Shown: positions 18,584 to 28,778 of the stretch, piece after piece
Position numbering within the stretch: the stretch's first letter is position 1
Layout of the letters: the number at the start of each line of letters is the position of its first letter
Assembly: GCA_965209055.1 (NCBI GenBank)
Contig: OZ242374.1
Location: forward strand, 5,792,001-5,856,000
DNA from: Acidobacteriota bacterium
Lineage (GTDB): Bacteria > Acidobacteriota > UBA6911 > RPQK01 > JAJDTT01
Length of the DNA stretch: 64,000 bases
Reading direction: 5' to 3'
Notes under the pieces: generated by a model
Databases searched by the model: none
Told to the model about the DNA's origin: nothing
What the model saw: only the letters and a program-made list of their open reading frames with translations
Made by a program: the position numbers and the translations under genes

Positions 18584-20518
18584 ATGATCGAGTATTTCTG
18601 GCTGGCCCTGGTCCCACCCCTCGCCGGTTTCCTGTTCAACGGCCTGGCGGGGAAACGGCTGCCGGATCGCATCGTCTCCGGCGCCGGCTGCGCGGCCACC
18701 GGAGCCAGCTTCCTGTTTCTGCTGGCCGTCTTCGCCGAGTTCATCCGGCTGCCGGCCCAGGAGCAGCAGATCGTCCACCGCCTCTTCACCTGGATTCAGG
18801 CGGGGACCTTCACCGCCGAGTGCAGCTTCCTGCTGGACCCTCTCTCCATGGTCATGCTCCTGGTCATCACGGGGGTCGGATTCCTGATTCACGTCTACTC
18901 CACCGCCTACATGAAGGGCGAGACAGGTCTGTACCGCTATTTCTCCTATCTGAACCTCTTCGTCTTCATGATGTCCCTGCTGGTGATGGCGGGGAACTAC
19001 CTGCTGCTGTTCGTGGGATGGGAAGGGGTGGGCCTCTGCTCCTATCTCCTGATCGGCTACTACATCGAGCGGAAGAGCGCCGGCGATGCGGCCAAGAAGG
19101 CCTTCGTGGTGAATCGGGTGGGAGACGCCTGTTTTCTCCTGGGCGTCTTTCTAATCTTCAAGACCTTCGGGACCCTGGAGTTCGGTTCCCTCTTCGAAAC
19201 CGTGAGCCGGACCCATCCCCAGCCCGAGAGCGGCTTCACCGTCCTGGCGGCAATCACTCTGCTTCTGTTCCTGGGGGCGACGGGCAAGAGCGCCCAGATC
19301 CCGCTTCAGGTCTGGCTGCCGGACGCCATGGAGGGACCCACTCCGGTGAGCGCCCTGATCCACGCCGCCACCATGGTGACCGCGGGCGTCTACCTGGTGG
19401 TGCGGTCGGCCGCACTCTACAGCCGGGCCCCCGACGTGCTCCTGCTGGTAGCCGTCGTCGGAGTCTTGACGGCCCTCCTGGCGGCCCTCACGGCGCTGGT
19501 CCAACGGGACATCAAGAAGGTCCTGGCCTACTCCACCATCAGCCAGCTGGGCTACATGTTCATGGCGCTGGGAGTGGGCGCTTTCAGCACCGGGATTTTC
19601 CACCTGTTCACCCACGCCTTCTTCAAAGCCCTGCTCTTCCTGGGGGCGGGGAGCGTCCTGCTGAGGCTTCACCACGAACTGGACCTGTTCCGCATGGGGG
19701 GTCTGAAGAACTCCCTGAGAGTGACCTGTTGGACCATGTGGGTGGGGACCGCGGCCCTGGCCGGAATGTTCCCCCTGTCCGGGTTCTTCTCCAAGGACGA
19801 GATCCTGTGGAGAGCCCTCGACAGTCCCCTGGGGCATCCGGTCTTCTGGGTGGCGGGCCTGGTGGTGGCCGGCCTCACCGCCTTCTACATGTGCCGGCTC
19901 ATGTTCCTGGCCTTCTACGGATCGCCCGCGCACGGCCACGAGGAATCCGGCGCGGAAGCGGGAACCGCCGTCACCACGCCCCTGACCATACTGGCCGGGG
20001 CGGCGGCGGTCGCCGGAATCGCCGGTCTGCCGGCTTACCTGGGCGACCACCGGTTGGATCAGTTCCTGGCGCCCGTGTTCCGGCACTCCTACGACCACGG
20101 CGTCTCCGGGAGCCACGCCTCCCACAGCATGGAGTTGTTGGCGGGTGGCGCGGCCCTGGCCATCAGCCTGTTGGGCGCCGGCCTGGCCTACCGGCTCTAC
20201 GCCCGGGACCGGTCTCTCCCCCGGCGGTTGGCCGACCGGTATCCGGCGCTCCACGGCACGCTCCTGCGGCAGTTCCGGATCGACGAGGCCTATTCCGTTT
20301 TCGTGGTCGGCGGTCTCAAGGCTCTGTCCCGCCGGGTGCTGTGGAGAATCGTCGACGTGGGCGTCGTGGACGGGGCGGTCAACGGCACCGCCTCCCTGTT
20401 TCGGCGATGGAGCGGCGTTGCGACGCGGATGCAGAGTGGGAACACCCGCACCTACGCGGCGTGGATCGTGACCGGGGCCGCATTGGTCTTCCTGTATCTC
20501 TTTAGCGTGATCGGCTGA
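18584..20518 (+). CDS. nuoL: NADH-quinone oxidoreductase subunit L
   Basis: GKSAQIPLQVWLPDAMEGPTPVSALIHAATMV, HAFFKALLFL. Confidence 0.96.
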   Translation: MIEYFWLALVPPLAGFLFNGLAGKRLPDRIVSGAGCAATGASFLFLLAVFAEFIRLPAQEQQIVHRLFTWIQAGTFTAECSFLLDPLSMVMLLVITGVGFLIHVYSTAYMKGETGLYRYFSYLNLFVFMMSLLVMAGNYLLLFVGWEGVGLCSYLLIGYYIERKSAGDAAKKAFVVNRVGDACFLLGVFLIFKTFGTLEFGSLFETVSRTHPQPESGFTVLAAITLLLFLGATGKSAQIPLQVWLPDAMEGPTPVSALIHAATMVTAGVYLVVRSAALYSRAPDVLLLVAVVGVLTALLAALTALVQRDIKKVLAYSTISQLGYMFMALGVGAFSTGIFHLFTHAFFKALLFLGAGSVLLRLHHELDLFRMGGLKNSLRVTCWTMWVGTAALAGMFPLSGFFSKDEILWRALDSPLGHPVFWVAGLVVAGLTAFYMCRLMFLAFYGSPAHGHEESGAEAGTAVTTPLTILAGAAAVAGIAGLPAYLGDHRLDQFLAPVFRHSYDHGVSGSHASHSMELLAGGAALAISLLGAGLAYRLYARDRSLPRRLADRYPALHGTLLRQFRIDEAYSVFVVGGLKALSRRVLWRIVDVGVVDGAVNGTASLFRRWSGVATRMQSGNTRTYAAWIVTGAALVFLYLFSVIG

Positions 20519-22050
20519 TGCCCATGGCTGCGTATCCTCTGAGCCTGTTGCTGCTGATTCCGGCAATCGGAGCCATTGTGGTCTGCCTGCTCCCGTCCGA
20601 ACGGGAACGGCTCCTGAAATGGGCGGCTTTCATCGCTTCCCTGGCGACGTTTCTCTGGTCGGCCGTTCTCTTCCGGAATTTCGACAACCAGGCCGGTTCC
20701 TTCCAGATGGTGGAGCAGGCCGACTGGTTCCGGGCCGCCGGTTTCCAGGTCCAGTACTACCTGGGCCTGGACGGCATCAGCCTGCTCCTGGTGCTCCTGA
20801 CCACAGTCCTGATCCCATTGGCGCTGTTGTCGAGCTGGAACCTCAAGGACAGGCTCAAGCTCTACCTGGCCTCCATCCTGCTCCTGGAAGTGGGAATACT
20901 GGGGGTCTTCCTGGCTCTGGACCTGATCCTCTTCTACGTCTTCTGGGAGGTCTCCCTGATCCCCATGTATTTCCTGATCGGAATCTGGGGGTCCCAACGG
21001 CGCATCTACGCGGCGGTGAAGTTCTTCATCTACACCATGGCCGGTTCTCTGCTGATGTTGGCGGGGATCGTCATCCTCTATTTCCTGCTGGGAACCGGCA
21101 ACTTCGATCTGGTGGAAATGATCGGGATCCTGAAGCGGGGCGAGGCGGTTCTCTCCCCGGGAGTCGAGACCCTTCTCTTCGGCCTGTTCTTCGTGGCCTT
21201 CGCCGTCAAGGTTCCCGTCTTTCCGTTGCACACCTGGCTGCCGGACGCCCACACCGAGGCGCCGACGGCCGCTTCCGTGATCCTGGCCGGCGTCCTGCTC
21301 AAGATGGGGGCCTACGGGCTCCTGCGCTTCTGCCTTCCCCTCTTTCCCTCGGCGTCGGTCCAGTTGGCGCCGGCGGTCTGCGTGCTGGCGTTGATCGGAA
21401 TCATCTACGGCGCCCTGGTGGCCATGGTGCAGCCCGACCTGAAGCGGCTCGTGGCCTATTCGTCCGTCAGCCACCTGGGATTCGTAGTGCTGGGCATCTT
21501 CTCCTTCAACTTTCAGTCCATGGAGGGAGCCGCCTACCAGATGCTCAATCATGGAGTCTCCACCGGAGCCCTGTTTCTCCTGGTGGGTATCCTCTACGAG
21601 CGCCGTCACACCCGCCGGATCGATGAGTTCGGGGGGCTGGCCCATTCCATGCCGCGCTATTCGGCCTGCTTTTTCGTCGTGCTGTTGGGAAGCATCGGGC
21701 TGCCCGGCCTCGGCGGGTTCGTGGGCGAGTTCCTCATTCTCCAGGGGACTTTTCTCACCAACGTCCCGGCCGCCGCCGTTGCGGTCTGCGGGGTGGTCCT
21801 GTCGGCGGCGTACATGCTCTGGATGTACCAGCGGGTCTTTCTGGGACGGGTCGAAAAGGAAGCGAACCGCCGGCTCCCGGACCTGAGCTTCCGGGAGGGG
21901 GCGATGTTGATTCCGGCCATCGCGCTTTCGCTCTGGATGGGGATCGGCTCCGGCGCCTTTCTGAGAACCATGGACACCAGCATTCAACAGCTGGTGGACC
22001 GGCTAAACCAGGACCAGCACGAACAGGTAGTCCGAAGCGATGCCCCTTAA
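20518..22050 (+). CDS. nuoM: NADH-quinone oxidoreductase subunit M
   Basis: FPLHTWLPDAHTEAPT, AYSSVSHLG, GFVGEF. Confidence 0.96.
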   Translation: MPMAAYPLSLLLLIPAIGAIVVCLLPSERERLLKWAAFIASLATFLWSAVLFRNFDNQAGSFQMVEQADWFRAAGFQVQYYLGLDGISLLLVLLTTVLIPLALLSSWNLKDRLKLYLASILLLEVGILGVFLALDLILFYVFWEVSLIPMYFLIGIWGSQRRIYAAVKFFIYTMAGSLLMLAGIVILYFLLGTGNFDLVEMIGILKRGEAVLSPGVETLLFGLFFVAFAVKVPVFPLHTWLPDAHTEAPTAASVILAGVLLKMGAYGLLRFCLPLFPSASVQLAPAVCVLALIGIIYGALVAMVQPDLKRLVAYSSVSHLGFVVLGIFSFNFQSMEGAAYQMLNHGVSTGALFLLVGILYERRHTRRIDEFGGLAHSMPRYSACFFVVLLGSIGLPGLGGFVGEFLILQGTFLTNVPAAAVAVCGVVLSAAYMLWMYQRVFLGRVEKEANRRLPDLSFREGAMLIPAIALSLWMGIGSGAFLRTMDTSIQQLVDRLNQDQHEQVVRSDAP

Positions 22051-23470
22051 TACTTCCGTCCTGCTTCCGGAGATCCTTCTGGCCGTGGCCGGCATTCTGC
22101 TCATGCTGGCCATCCCGGTCCTTCCGTCTCGGCAGCAGGTCCGATTGGGCTACGCCGCGTCGCTGTTCCTGGCTGCGGCGTTGGTCACCGCTCTGCTCCA
22201 ATGGGGCGACCATGGTCCCGCCTTTTTCGGCATGGTGTCCATGGACGCTCTGGGCGGCGCCGCCAGGATCCTGTTTCTGGTCTCCAGCGCAACCGTTGCC
22301 CTGATTTCAGTCTCCTACCTGAAGCGGGAGCGGTTGCGGCACGGCGAATACTTCCCTCTCCTGTTGATGGCCACGGTGGGGATGTCGCTCATGGCCGTGA
22401 GCGCCGACCTCATCATGACTTTCCTGGGACTGGAGATCCTTTCCATCTCCAGCTACGTCCTGGCCGGTTACCGGCGGGGAGACCCCAGATCGAACGAGTC
22501 GGCCCTCAAGTACTTCCTCCTGGGCGCTTTCTCCACGGCCTTCATGCTCTATGGGATCGCCCTCCTGTACGGCGCGGCCGGTTCGACGAAGTATGCGGCG
22601 ATCGCCGAGGCGGCGGCCCAGGGACAGGCGGGAACCGCCACCTTCCTGTTGGGCCTTGGACTGCTTCTCGTGGGATTCGGCTTCAAGGCGGCTCTGGCGC
22701 CCTTGCACGTCTGGACTCCGGACGTCTACCAGGGAGCCCCGGTTCCCATCACCGCCCACTTGGCGGTGGGTTCCAAGGCCGCCGTCCTGATCACGTTGCT
22801 GCGCCTCCTTCACCAGGTGTTCCCTGCCAGCGCCGACCAGTGGCAGGTCGTGCTCTGGATCGCCTGCGCCGCGACCATGATCATCGGCAACGTGGCGGCC
22901 CTGATCCAGACCGATGTCAAGCGCCTCCTGGCCTATTCCTCCATCGCCCACGCCGGTTACATCCTGCTCGGCGTCATCGCCAACAGCCCGGGAGGGAGAC
23001 AGGGGGTTCTCTTCTATCTGGCGGCCTACTCCCTGATGACGCTGGGAGCCTTCGCCGTGGTGCAGGTCTTCGCGCGCCGGGACGAGCAGTTCACCAAGCT
23101 GGAAGACTATCGGGGAATCGGTTACCGCCATCCGCTGCTGAGCGTCTCCCTGACCGTCTTTCTCCTCTCCCTGATCGGCATCCCGCCGACGGCGGGATTC
23201 TACGGAAAGCTCTTCCTCTTCTCGGCCGCCGTCGAAGCGGACCTGGCCGCCCTGGTGATTCTGGCGGTGCTGGCCTCGGCCGTGGGACTCTACTACTACC
23301 TGCAGATCATCGTCCTGATGTTCATGAAGGAGGCGGCCACGCCGCCGGAACCCGTCCCCATACCTCTGGCGGCACGGATCGTGATAATAATTATGGCCGC
23401 CGGCACCCTCTATCTGGGGGTCTACCCGGCGCAGGTTCTATCGATAGCCGGGGAGGCGGCAGGACTGTGA
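22040..23470 (+). CDS. nuoN: NADH-quinone oxidoreductase subunit N
   Basis: ESALKYF, HVWTPDVYQGAP, KRLLAYSSIAHAG, GIPPTAGF. Confidence 0.96.
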   Translation: MPLNTSVLLPEILLAVAGILLMLAIPVLPSRQQVRLGYAASLFLAAALVTALLQWGDHGPAFFGMVSMDALGGAARILFLVSSATVALISVSYLKRERLRHGEYFPLLLMATVGMSLMAVSADLIMTFLGLEILSISSYVLAGYRRGDPRSNESALKYFLLGAFSTAFMLYGIALLYGAAGSTKYAAIAEAAAQGQAGTATFLLGLGLLLVGFGFKAALAPLHVWTPDVYQGAPVPITAHLAVGSKAAVLITLLRLLHQVFPASADQWQVVLWIACAATMIIGNVAALIQTDVKRLLAYSSIAHAGYILLGVIANSPGGRQGVLFYLAAYSLMTLGAFAVVQVFARRDEQFTKLEDYRGIGYRHPLLSVSLTVFLLSLIGIPPTAGFYGKLFLFSAAVEADLAALVILAVLASAVGLYYYLQIIVLMFMKEAATPPEPVPIPLAARIVIIIMAAGTLYLGVYPAQVLSIAGEAAGL

Positions 23471-23931
23471 AGCAGGCCAAGGCGAAGCTGGAAAAAGAGA
23501 TCCGGAAGCTGGAGCGGGAGCTGCGTGAGGAGCTTCCGGCGGCGCTCAAGAAAGCGCTGCAGTTGGGCGACCTAAGAGAGAACGCCGAGTACCAGACCGC
23601 CAAGGAGAGGCAGTCATACGTCCAGGCCCATCTGGCCAACCTGCAGCAGCGGCTGGCCAACCTATCCCTCATCAATCTGAGCAAGATCCCCACCGACCGC
23701 GTCTCCTACGGCTCCACCGTGGTCCTGTTCGACCTGGACACCGAGACCGAGGTGACCTACCGGCTGGTCACCAGCGAGGAGTCGGACGTCAAGGCCGGCC
23801 TGATCTCCACCACCTCTCCCATCGGCCGCAGCCTGATGAACCGGGAAGAGGGGGACGAAGTTCAGATCCGGACCCCCGGCGGGACCAAGCACTACGAGAT
23901 CGTCGAACTGACCACCATCCACGACGAGTAG
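23467..23931 (+). CDS. greA: Transcription elongation factor GreA
   Basis: GDLRENAEY, ISTTSPIGRSL; GTG start overlaps the nuoN stop (GTGA). Confidence 0.92.
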   Translation: MKQAKAKLEKEIRKLERELREELPAALKKALQLGDLRENAEYQTAKERQSYVQAHLANLQQRLANLSLINLSKIPTDRVSYGSTVVLFDLDTETEVTYRLVTSEESDVKAGLISTTSPIGRSLMNREEGDEVQIRTPGGTKHYEIVELTTIHDE

Positions 23932-23982
23932 TGCCGGGAAAGCGGCACGCGCAGTGATTGCGCCGTACCGGTCTGCGTGCGC

Positions 23983-25584
23983 CTATCCACCCATCCTGAC
24001 CCGTTCGTCGATCGCGGCCACGGCCGCCTGGGCGGCCAGGGCGGCCCCTTCCTGCCAACCGGGCAAGGCGCTCAATTGGTCGCCGGCAAAATAGATCCTG
24101 CCATCGGGCCTCGTGAGCCGCTGCGGCGGCCTGTAGCTCTCCGGCCAGCCTCCCCGCTGGAACGGGACCTTGGACCAGGCGCGGCTCACGCCCGACTCCA
24201 TCTCGTCGCCATAACCGGCGTGGATGAGCTCGCCCTCGGCGATGGCGGCCTGCAAGCGGTCGGACGGCATCATTTCCGAGTAACGCAGACCGGGCTCGGG
24301 ATCCCAGATATAGGCCCCGAGGACGATCCCCTTTTCACGATGATAGCCGTAGGCCGGATACCAGATCTGCGTGATGTCCTGGTCGGTCCAGGAAATGCCG
24401 CCGTAGATGGCGTGGTCCTCCTCCCAGAAACGCCGCTGGGCCTGGAATCCGATCTTGACCGCGTTGGTGAACTCGATCGACGCGATCGCCGATTGCGTCG
24501 CAGGCGAGAAATCGTTGGGGATGTCCCTCAGGACCGGAGCAGGAATGGTGCAGATCGCGTAGTCCGCCTCCAAGGATTGTATGATGCCCCTGTAACTCCC
24601 GTACACGACAGCAACCGCGCCAGCCGTAGTCGGACTGTCGTGCGGCGTCCGGAACACGATACGAACGCCGTCAGTCGTTTTTCGAATCTCCTCGACGACG
24701 CTCCGATACACGATGAGAGGCTCCACCCGCTCTTTGAAGGCAGCCACAATGGCGTCCATTCCCCCGACAGGCTGCAGCAGGGTCGGGTTCTGATCGAGGA
24801 ATTGGCTGAAATGGAGCTTGTACTGCCAGAAGTCCGATCTGAGCAGTTGACTCAGATCGAGGGGGTCGTTCACGTCTCCCGGCGCCAGACCGGCATGGAC
24901 GTGAGGCCCCAGATGGCCGCCGCGGCTCGAGCCCACGTAGAGATCATCCGGGTCCAGATCGCCGTAGCTGCGGAGCAGGCCGAGGATCAGTTCCTTGTCC
25001 TCGCCGGTCAACTCACTGTCCAGGGCGTTGCGGTTCACCGCCTTGGCCAGAAGTTCGGCAATATATCCGCGGGTATCCGTCACAACCTGCCGGGCCGCGA
25101 CCGGCCCGTCGAATCGATCCTGGTTGTGGAAGAAAGCGGCCCGGTTGTCGTTGGTGAAGACCTCCAGGTCGACCCCAAATTCCCGGCAATACCCGAGAAT
25201 GGTGGTGTGATGGTAGGGCAGGCGGGCCGGCCCGAGGTTCACGTAGAGATGGTCTTCGGCATCGAAGTCCACCCATTGCCGGCTGTCCTCCTCCTCGATC
25301 ACGTCTCCGCTCCGAACCGTGAGGTTGCGCCCGCCCGCGCGGTCGGTGGCCTCCAGCACAACGCAGTCGTAACCCGCCTTCGACAATTCGTAGGCGGCGA
25401 CGAGGCCGGAGACGCCGGCCCCCAGGATGGCGACTCTCGTCCCGATTCCCGACCCCGGCGTCAACTGGAACCGGGTGGTACCGGCCGTAGCGGGGCTCGC
25501 CATGCCCAGCGCGTTCATGGTCCGATACATGGCGGCAACCCCGGAGACGGCGCCGATGGATTGCAGGAATTGGCGTTTGGTCAT
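23983..25584 (-). CDS. Flavin monoamine oxidase / L-amino acid oxidase with Tat-like signal
   Basis: MTKRQFLQ signal, ILGAGVSGL dinucleotide fold, EATDRAGGR, YFAGD, GWQEGA. Confidence 0.88.
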   Translation of the reverse strand: MTKRQFLQSIGAVSGVAAMYRTMNALGMASPATAGTTRFQLTPGSGIGTRVAILGAGVSGLVAAYELSKAGYDCVVLEATDRAGGRNLTVRSGDVIEEEDSRQWVDFDAEDHLYVNLGPARLPYHHTTILGYCREFGVDLEVFTNDNRAAFFHNQDRFDGPVAARQVVTDTRGYIAELLAKAVNRNALDSELTGEDKELILGLLRSYGDLDPDDLYVGSSRGGHLGPHVHAGLAPGDVNDPLDLSQLLRSDFWQYKLHFSQFLDQNPTLLQPVGGMDAIVAAFKERVEPLIVYRSVVEEIRKTTDGVRIVFRTPHDSPTTAGAVAVVYGSYRGIIQSLEADYAICTIPAPVLRDIPNDFSPATQSAIASIEFTNAVKIGFQAQRRFWEEDHAIYGGISWTDQDITQIWYPAYGYHREKGIVLGAYIWDPEPGLRYSEMMPSDRLQAAIAEGELIHAGYGDEMESGVSRAWSKVPFQRGGWPESYRPPQRLTRPDGRIYFAGDQLSALPGWQEGAALAAQAAVAAIDERVRMGG

Positions 25585-25772
25585 TTTCGGTTGCACGGTT
25601 TCACCTCCGTCCACTCTTTTAAAAACGAGGGTGCGCCCACCTCCGTACGGAGCCGGAGGAAAGTCGATAGGAGCACGTAATTGTAACCAAATATTAACGA
25701 AAAATAACCAAGCAATATTTTTTTCGCCATCCGTTCACCGACGCGCGCCTGCCGCCAATCTGGAACCTTGCA

Positions 25773-26297
25773 CTAGGAGCCTGCGCCGTAGACCTCCGCA
25801 AGGGCCTTGTTTTCGACCCGGACCCGCGTGCGTAGCGCCAGAAGGTTCAGCACGGATGCGATCAACGCCAGTCCCCACGCGCCGAACATCAGCGGCACCA
25901 CGGCGATCTCTCCGCAAACGATCAGGTAGTTCGGGTGATTGACGTACCGGTACGGCCCGCTCCGGATACGCTTGCCGCCGGGGACGACCATGATGCGAGT
26001 GGTCCATCGCGAACCCAGGGTCGCGACGACCCACACCCGTCCGCATTCCAGCAGGACAAAAACGGCGAGCAGTGGGATCGACACCGGCGTCTTCGGATCG
26101 ATGGTGCCAAGCAGCGCCAGCAGCCAGCCGGTGTGCAGGGCCACAAGCGCGGGATAGTGCCGCCGGCCGAACTCAATCGCCCCCTCGGCCGCCAACGCCC
26201 GGTGGTTGCGCCGCGCGATGGCCAGTTCCACGAGACGCTGCAGAACAAGAAAGCCGACGATCAGGTACAGCGGGCTCAGGGGAAAGGAGATCGGCAT
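25773..26297 (-). CDS. Isoprenylcysteine carboxyl methyltransferase family protein (SrsB/BpsB-like)
   Basis: QRLVEL...RRN, TLGSRWTTRI, GPYRYVNHPNY, RVRVENKAL; overlaps the PKS stop. Confidence 0.88.
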   Translation of the reverse strand: MPISFPLSPLYLIVGFLVLQRLVELAIARRNHRALAAEGAIEFGRRHYPALVALHTGWLLALLGTIDPKTPVSIPLLAVFVLLECGRVWVVATLGSRWTTRIMVVPGGKRIRSGPYRYVNHPNYLIVCGEIAVVPLMFGAWGLALIASVLNLLALRTRVRVENKALAEVYGAGS

Positions 26298-27352
26298 CAC
26301 ATCGACTGCAACAGCAGAAATCCGGCCGAAAAACCGGGGCCCAGGCTGGTCAACAAGTGCCGATTGGCCGTGCCGTCCCTGAGGATTCGTTCGAGCACGA
26401 ACAGCACGGTGGCGGCCGACATATTGCCGTAGTCGCGCAAGACCGACCGGGATTGCTCCAAACCCCCGGCCGGGAGGTCGAACACTGCTTCGAGGGCGTC
26501 GAGCACCTTGGCGCCGCCGGGGTGGCAGACGAAGCTGTCGATATCTCGAAGGCGCAGATCCTGCGAGGAAAGAAACTCCTCCGTAACCTGCCGCATGTTC
26601 GAGCGCACCAAGTCGGGAATGCTGCGGGAGAACACGACTCCGAACCCGTCGTCGGCCACGTCCCACCCCATGATGTCGAGCGAATCGGGCCAGGTGTATT
26701 CGCCCCAAGAAGCGATCTCCGGACCCGGCCCGTCATCCGTCAGCAACACCGCGGCGGCCCCGTCACGGAACAGCGCAGTGGCGACGAGATTGCGCGCGGA
26801 TCGATCGCGGCCACGGAACGTGAGCGTACAGAGTTCTACGACCAGGACCAGAACTCGGCTGCCGGGAGCAGCACGCGCGCACGCCGCGGCACGGGCCAGC
26901 CCCAGCACGCCGCCCGCGCATCCCAGACCGAAGATCGGCAGTCTTTGCACGTCGCGGCGAAACGGCAGCTCGGTCATGAGCCTGGCGTCCAGGCTGGGCG
27001 TCGCGATACCGGTCGTCGAGACGGTGACGATGAGGTCGATGTCGCGCGGGTCGGTGTCTCCGTCGGCCAGGCAGCCCATGGCCGCCTCTTTCAGCAACGC
27101 CACCGCGTGTTCGAGGAAGAGCCGGTTCTTCTCCCCGAAGCCGTGCCCGTTTTCCGCGTACCAGCTCTTGGGCAGGCAGCAATACCCTTCTCCGATCTCC
27201 GCGTTGTCGTAGACATCCAGCAGGCGATCCAGGGCCGCGACGTCGCCGGCAAAGAACCTGGCGCCGAAATCCCTGACCTCGTCCTGGGTGATCCGGTGGG
27301 GCGGAACCACCGTAGCGATGGACCTGATTCGCGGACCCGAATCCGCTGTCAC
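26297..27352 (-). CDS. Type III polyketide synthase (SrsA/BpsA-like)
   Basis: Catalytic triad motifs GLGCAGG, CHPGG and YGNMS, plus VELCTL and GPGF. Start placed at GTG 27352 (track ORF starts at 27376). Confidence 0.92.
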   Translation of the reverse strand: MTADSGPRIRSIATVVPPHRITQDEVRDFGARFFAGDVAALDRLLDVYDNAEIGEGYCCLPKSWYAENGHGFGEKNRLFLEHAVALLKEAAMGCLADGDTDPRDIDLIVTVSTTGIATPSLDARLMTELPFRRDVQRLPIFGLGCAGGVLGLARAAACARAAPGSRVLVLVVELCTLTFRGRDRSARNLVATALFRDGAAAVLLTDDGPGPEIASWGEYTWPDSLDIMGWDVADDGFGVVFSRSIPDLVRSNMRQVTEEFLSSQDLRLRDIDSFVCHPGGAKVLDALEAVFDLPAGGLEQSRSVLRDYGNMSAATVLFVLERILRDGTANRHLLTSLGPGFSAGFLLLQSM

Positions 27353-27393
27353 CGGCAACCCTCCCCTAGCCCGCACTAGACGACAACTTTAGG

Positions 27394-28569
27394 CTATTCC
27401 GACGGCGGGCTCCAGATCGTCGCACCGATGTAACGCTCGGGGCCGGAGGCCTCGTCGGTGAAGTAGTAGACCGCGACCACCTTGCCGTCCGGTCGCTGCA
27501 CGGCCCGGACGTAGCCGATGTCGCGGCTGGCGCCGTCGTCGCGGAGCGTAATGTGGTCGCCCCAGGTCCGGCCGCCGTCGCTGCTGAGCACCGCGCGAAT
27601 GCTGTAGGGCTCGGCCCGGTAGCCGTAGAGCAGGCAGATGCGTCCGTCCCGCAACCGGATCATGGCCGGCGGGTTTCCGATGCCCGCGTCGGGCACTGCG
27701 TCATTGAGGTATTCCCACGACGAACCGTTGTCGGTGGACAGGTACGTGGCGATCCAGCGTCGAGGTCCTTCGTGATCGCGGACCGTCGCCAGGATGTCCG
27801 AGTCGCCGAGCCGCACGGAGGCGGGCATGATGGAGAATCCCTCCCCCTGTTCCGGGGCGATCCAGGAGAGGAACTTCCACGTCTTGCCGCCGTCCGTGGT
27901 GCGGACGCAGAGGGGGCGGCCCTCCAGTCCGTTCGGCTTCGCCGCCGTGATGAACAGGGTACACGTGTCCTTGTCGTCGACGATGTAGTCGGTCCGCGGT
28001 GCGATTCCGGGAGTGCCGAAGCTGGGCAGCCGGAACGGACCCTTCCAGGAACGCCCCCGGTCATAGGAGTGGAACACCCGGCCGATTCCGGCGTGAATGC
28101 TGTTGGTGCGGACCGTCAGGGCGAAGTCGCGGTGGGTGAAATCGATGCCCCCTTCGCTCTCAAGCATGGGAGGAATCGTCAAACCCGGCCGCGTGACGCC
28201 GTGAAGATATCCGCCTTCGGTGATCAGGTAGCCGTTGGCCGTCGGGTCCTCCAACGTCCAGGTCTCGCCGCCGTCCAGACTCCTGGCCAGCATGGGAATC
28301 TCCGGTTTCTCGCGGTCGATGTGGTGCCGCAGACCGTGATCCTTGTAATGGCCCATGCCGAATCCGACGAGAATCTCCTCACCCCAGATCCAGATCCCAT
28401 GGTTGGCCGGCCAGCCGCCGAACATGCCCTTCTCGAAGTAGACCTTGACGTGTCGGGGTTGCTCCGCTTGGCTCGCACCCTCACTGCCCGAACCCGATTC
28501 GTCAGGGGCTGTGCAGGCCATGGCCCCCATCGACAGCACGCCTGCCGCGACAATATTTCTCCAAGTCAT
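27394..28569 (-). CDS. BNR/Asp-box sialidase-like lipoprotein
   Basis: Repeated SxDxGxTW boxes (SLDGGETW, SYDRGRSW, TTDGGKTW, STDNGSSW, SSDGGRTW); lipobox AMAC. Confidence 0.85.
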   Translation of the reverse strand: MTWRNIVAAGVLSMGAMACTAPDESGSGSEGASQAEQPRHVKVYFEKGMFGGWPANHGIWIWGEEILVGFGMGHYKDHGLRHHIDREKPEIPMLARSLDGGETWTLEDPTANGYLITEGGYLHGVTRPGLTIPPMLESEGGIDFTHRDFALTVRTNSIHAGIGRVFHSYDRGRSWKGPFRLPSFGTPGIAPRTDYIVDDKDTCTLFITAAKPNGLEGRPLCVRTTDGGKTWKFLSWIAPEQGEGFSIMPASVRLGDSDILATVRDHEGPRRWIATYLSTDNGSSWEYLNDAVPDAGIGNPPAMIRLRDGRICLLYGYRAEPYSIRAVLSSDGGRTWGDHITLRDDGASRDIGYVRAVQRPDGKVVAVYYFTDEASGPERYIGATIWSPPSE

Positions 28570-28778
28570 GGGATCCTCCATCTCTTATTCAATATTCGCC
28601 CGGTGGCCGTATCGAAATACCCGTCGCCGAACATACGAATCCCGGACCGTGTTGACAAGGCGCGGCGGATCTCCGGCCATGGAATTGCTTCTGAAGGTCC
28701 AGGGGCGTGGTCGAGCAGATTCCCCGTTCAACGTTCGAAATCCGAGTCGGGCAATCTGCTACATTCAACGGACCCAGC

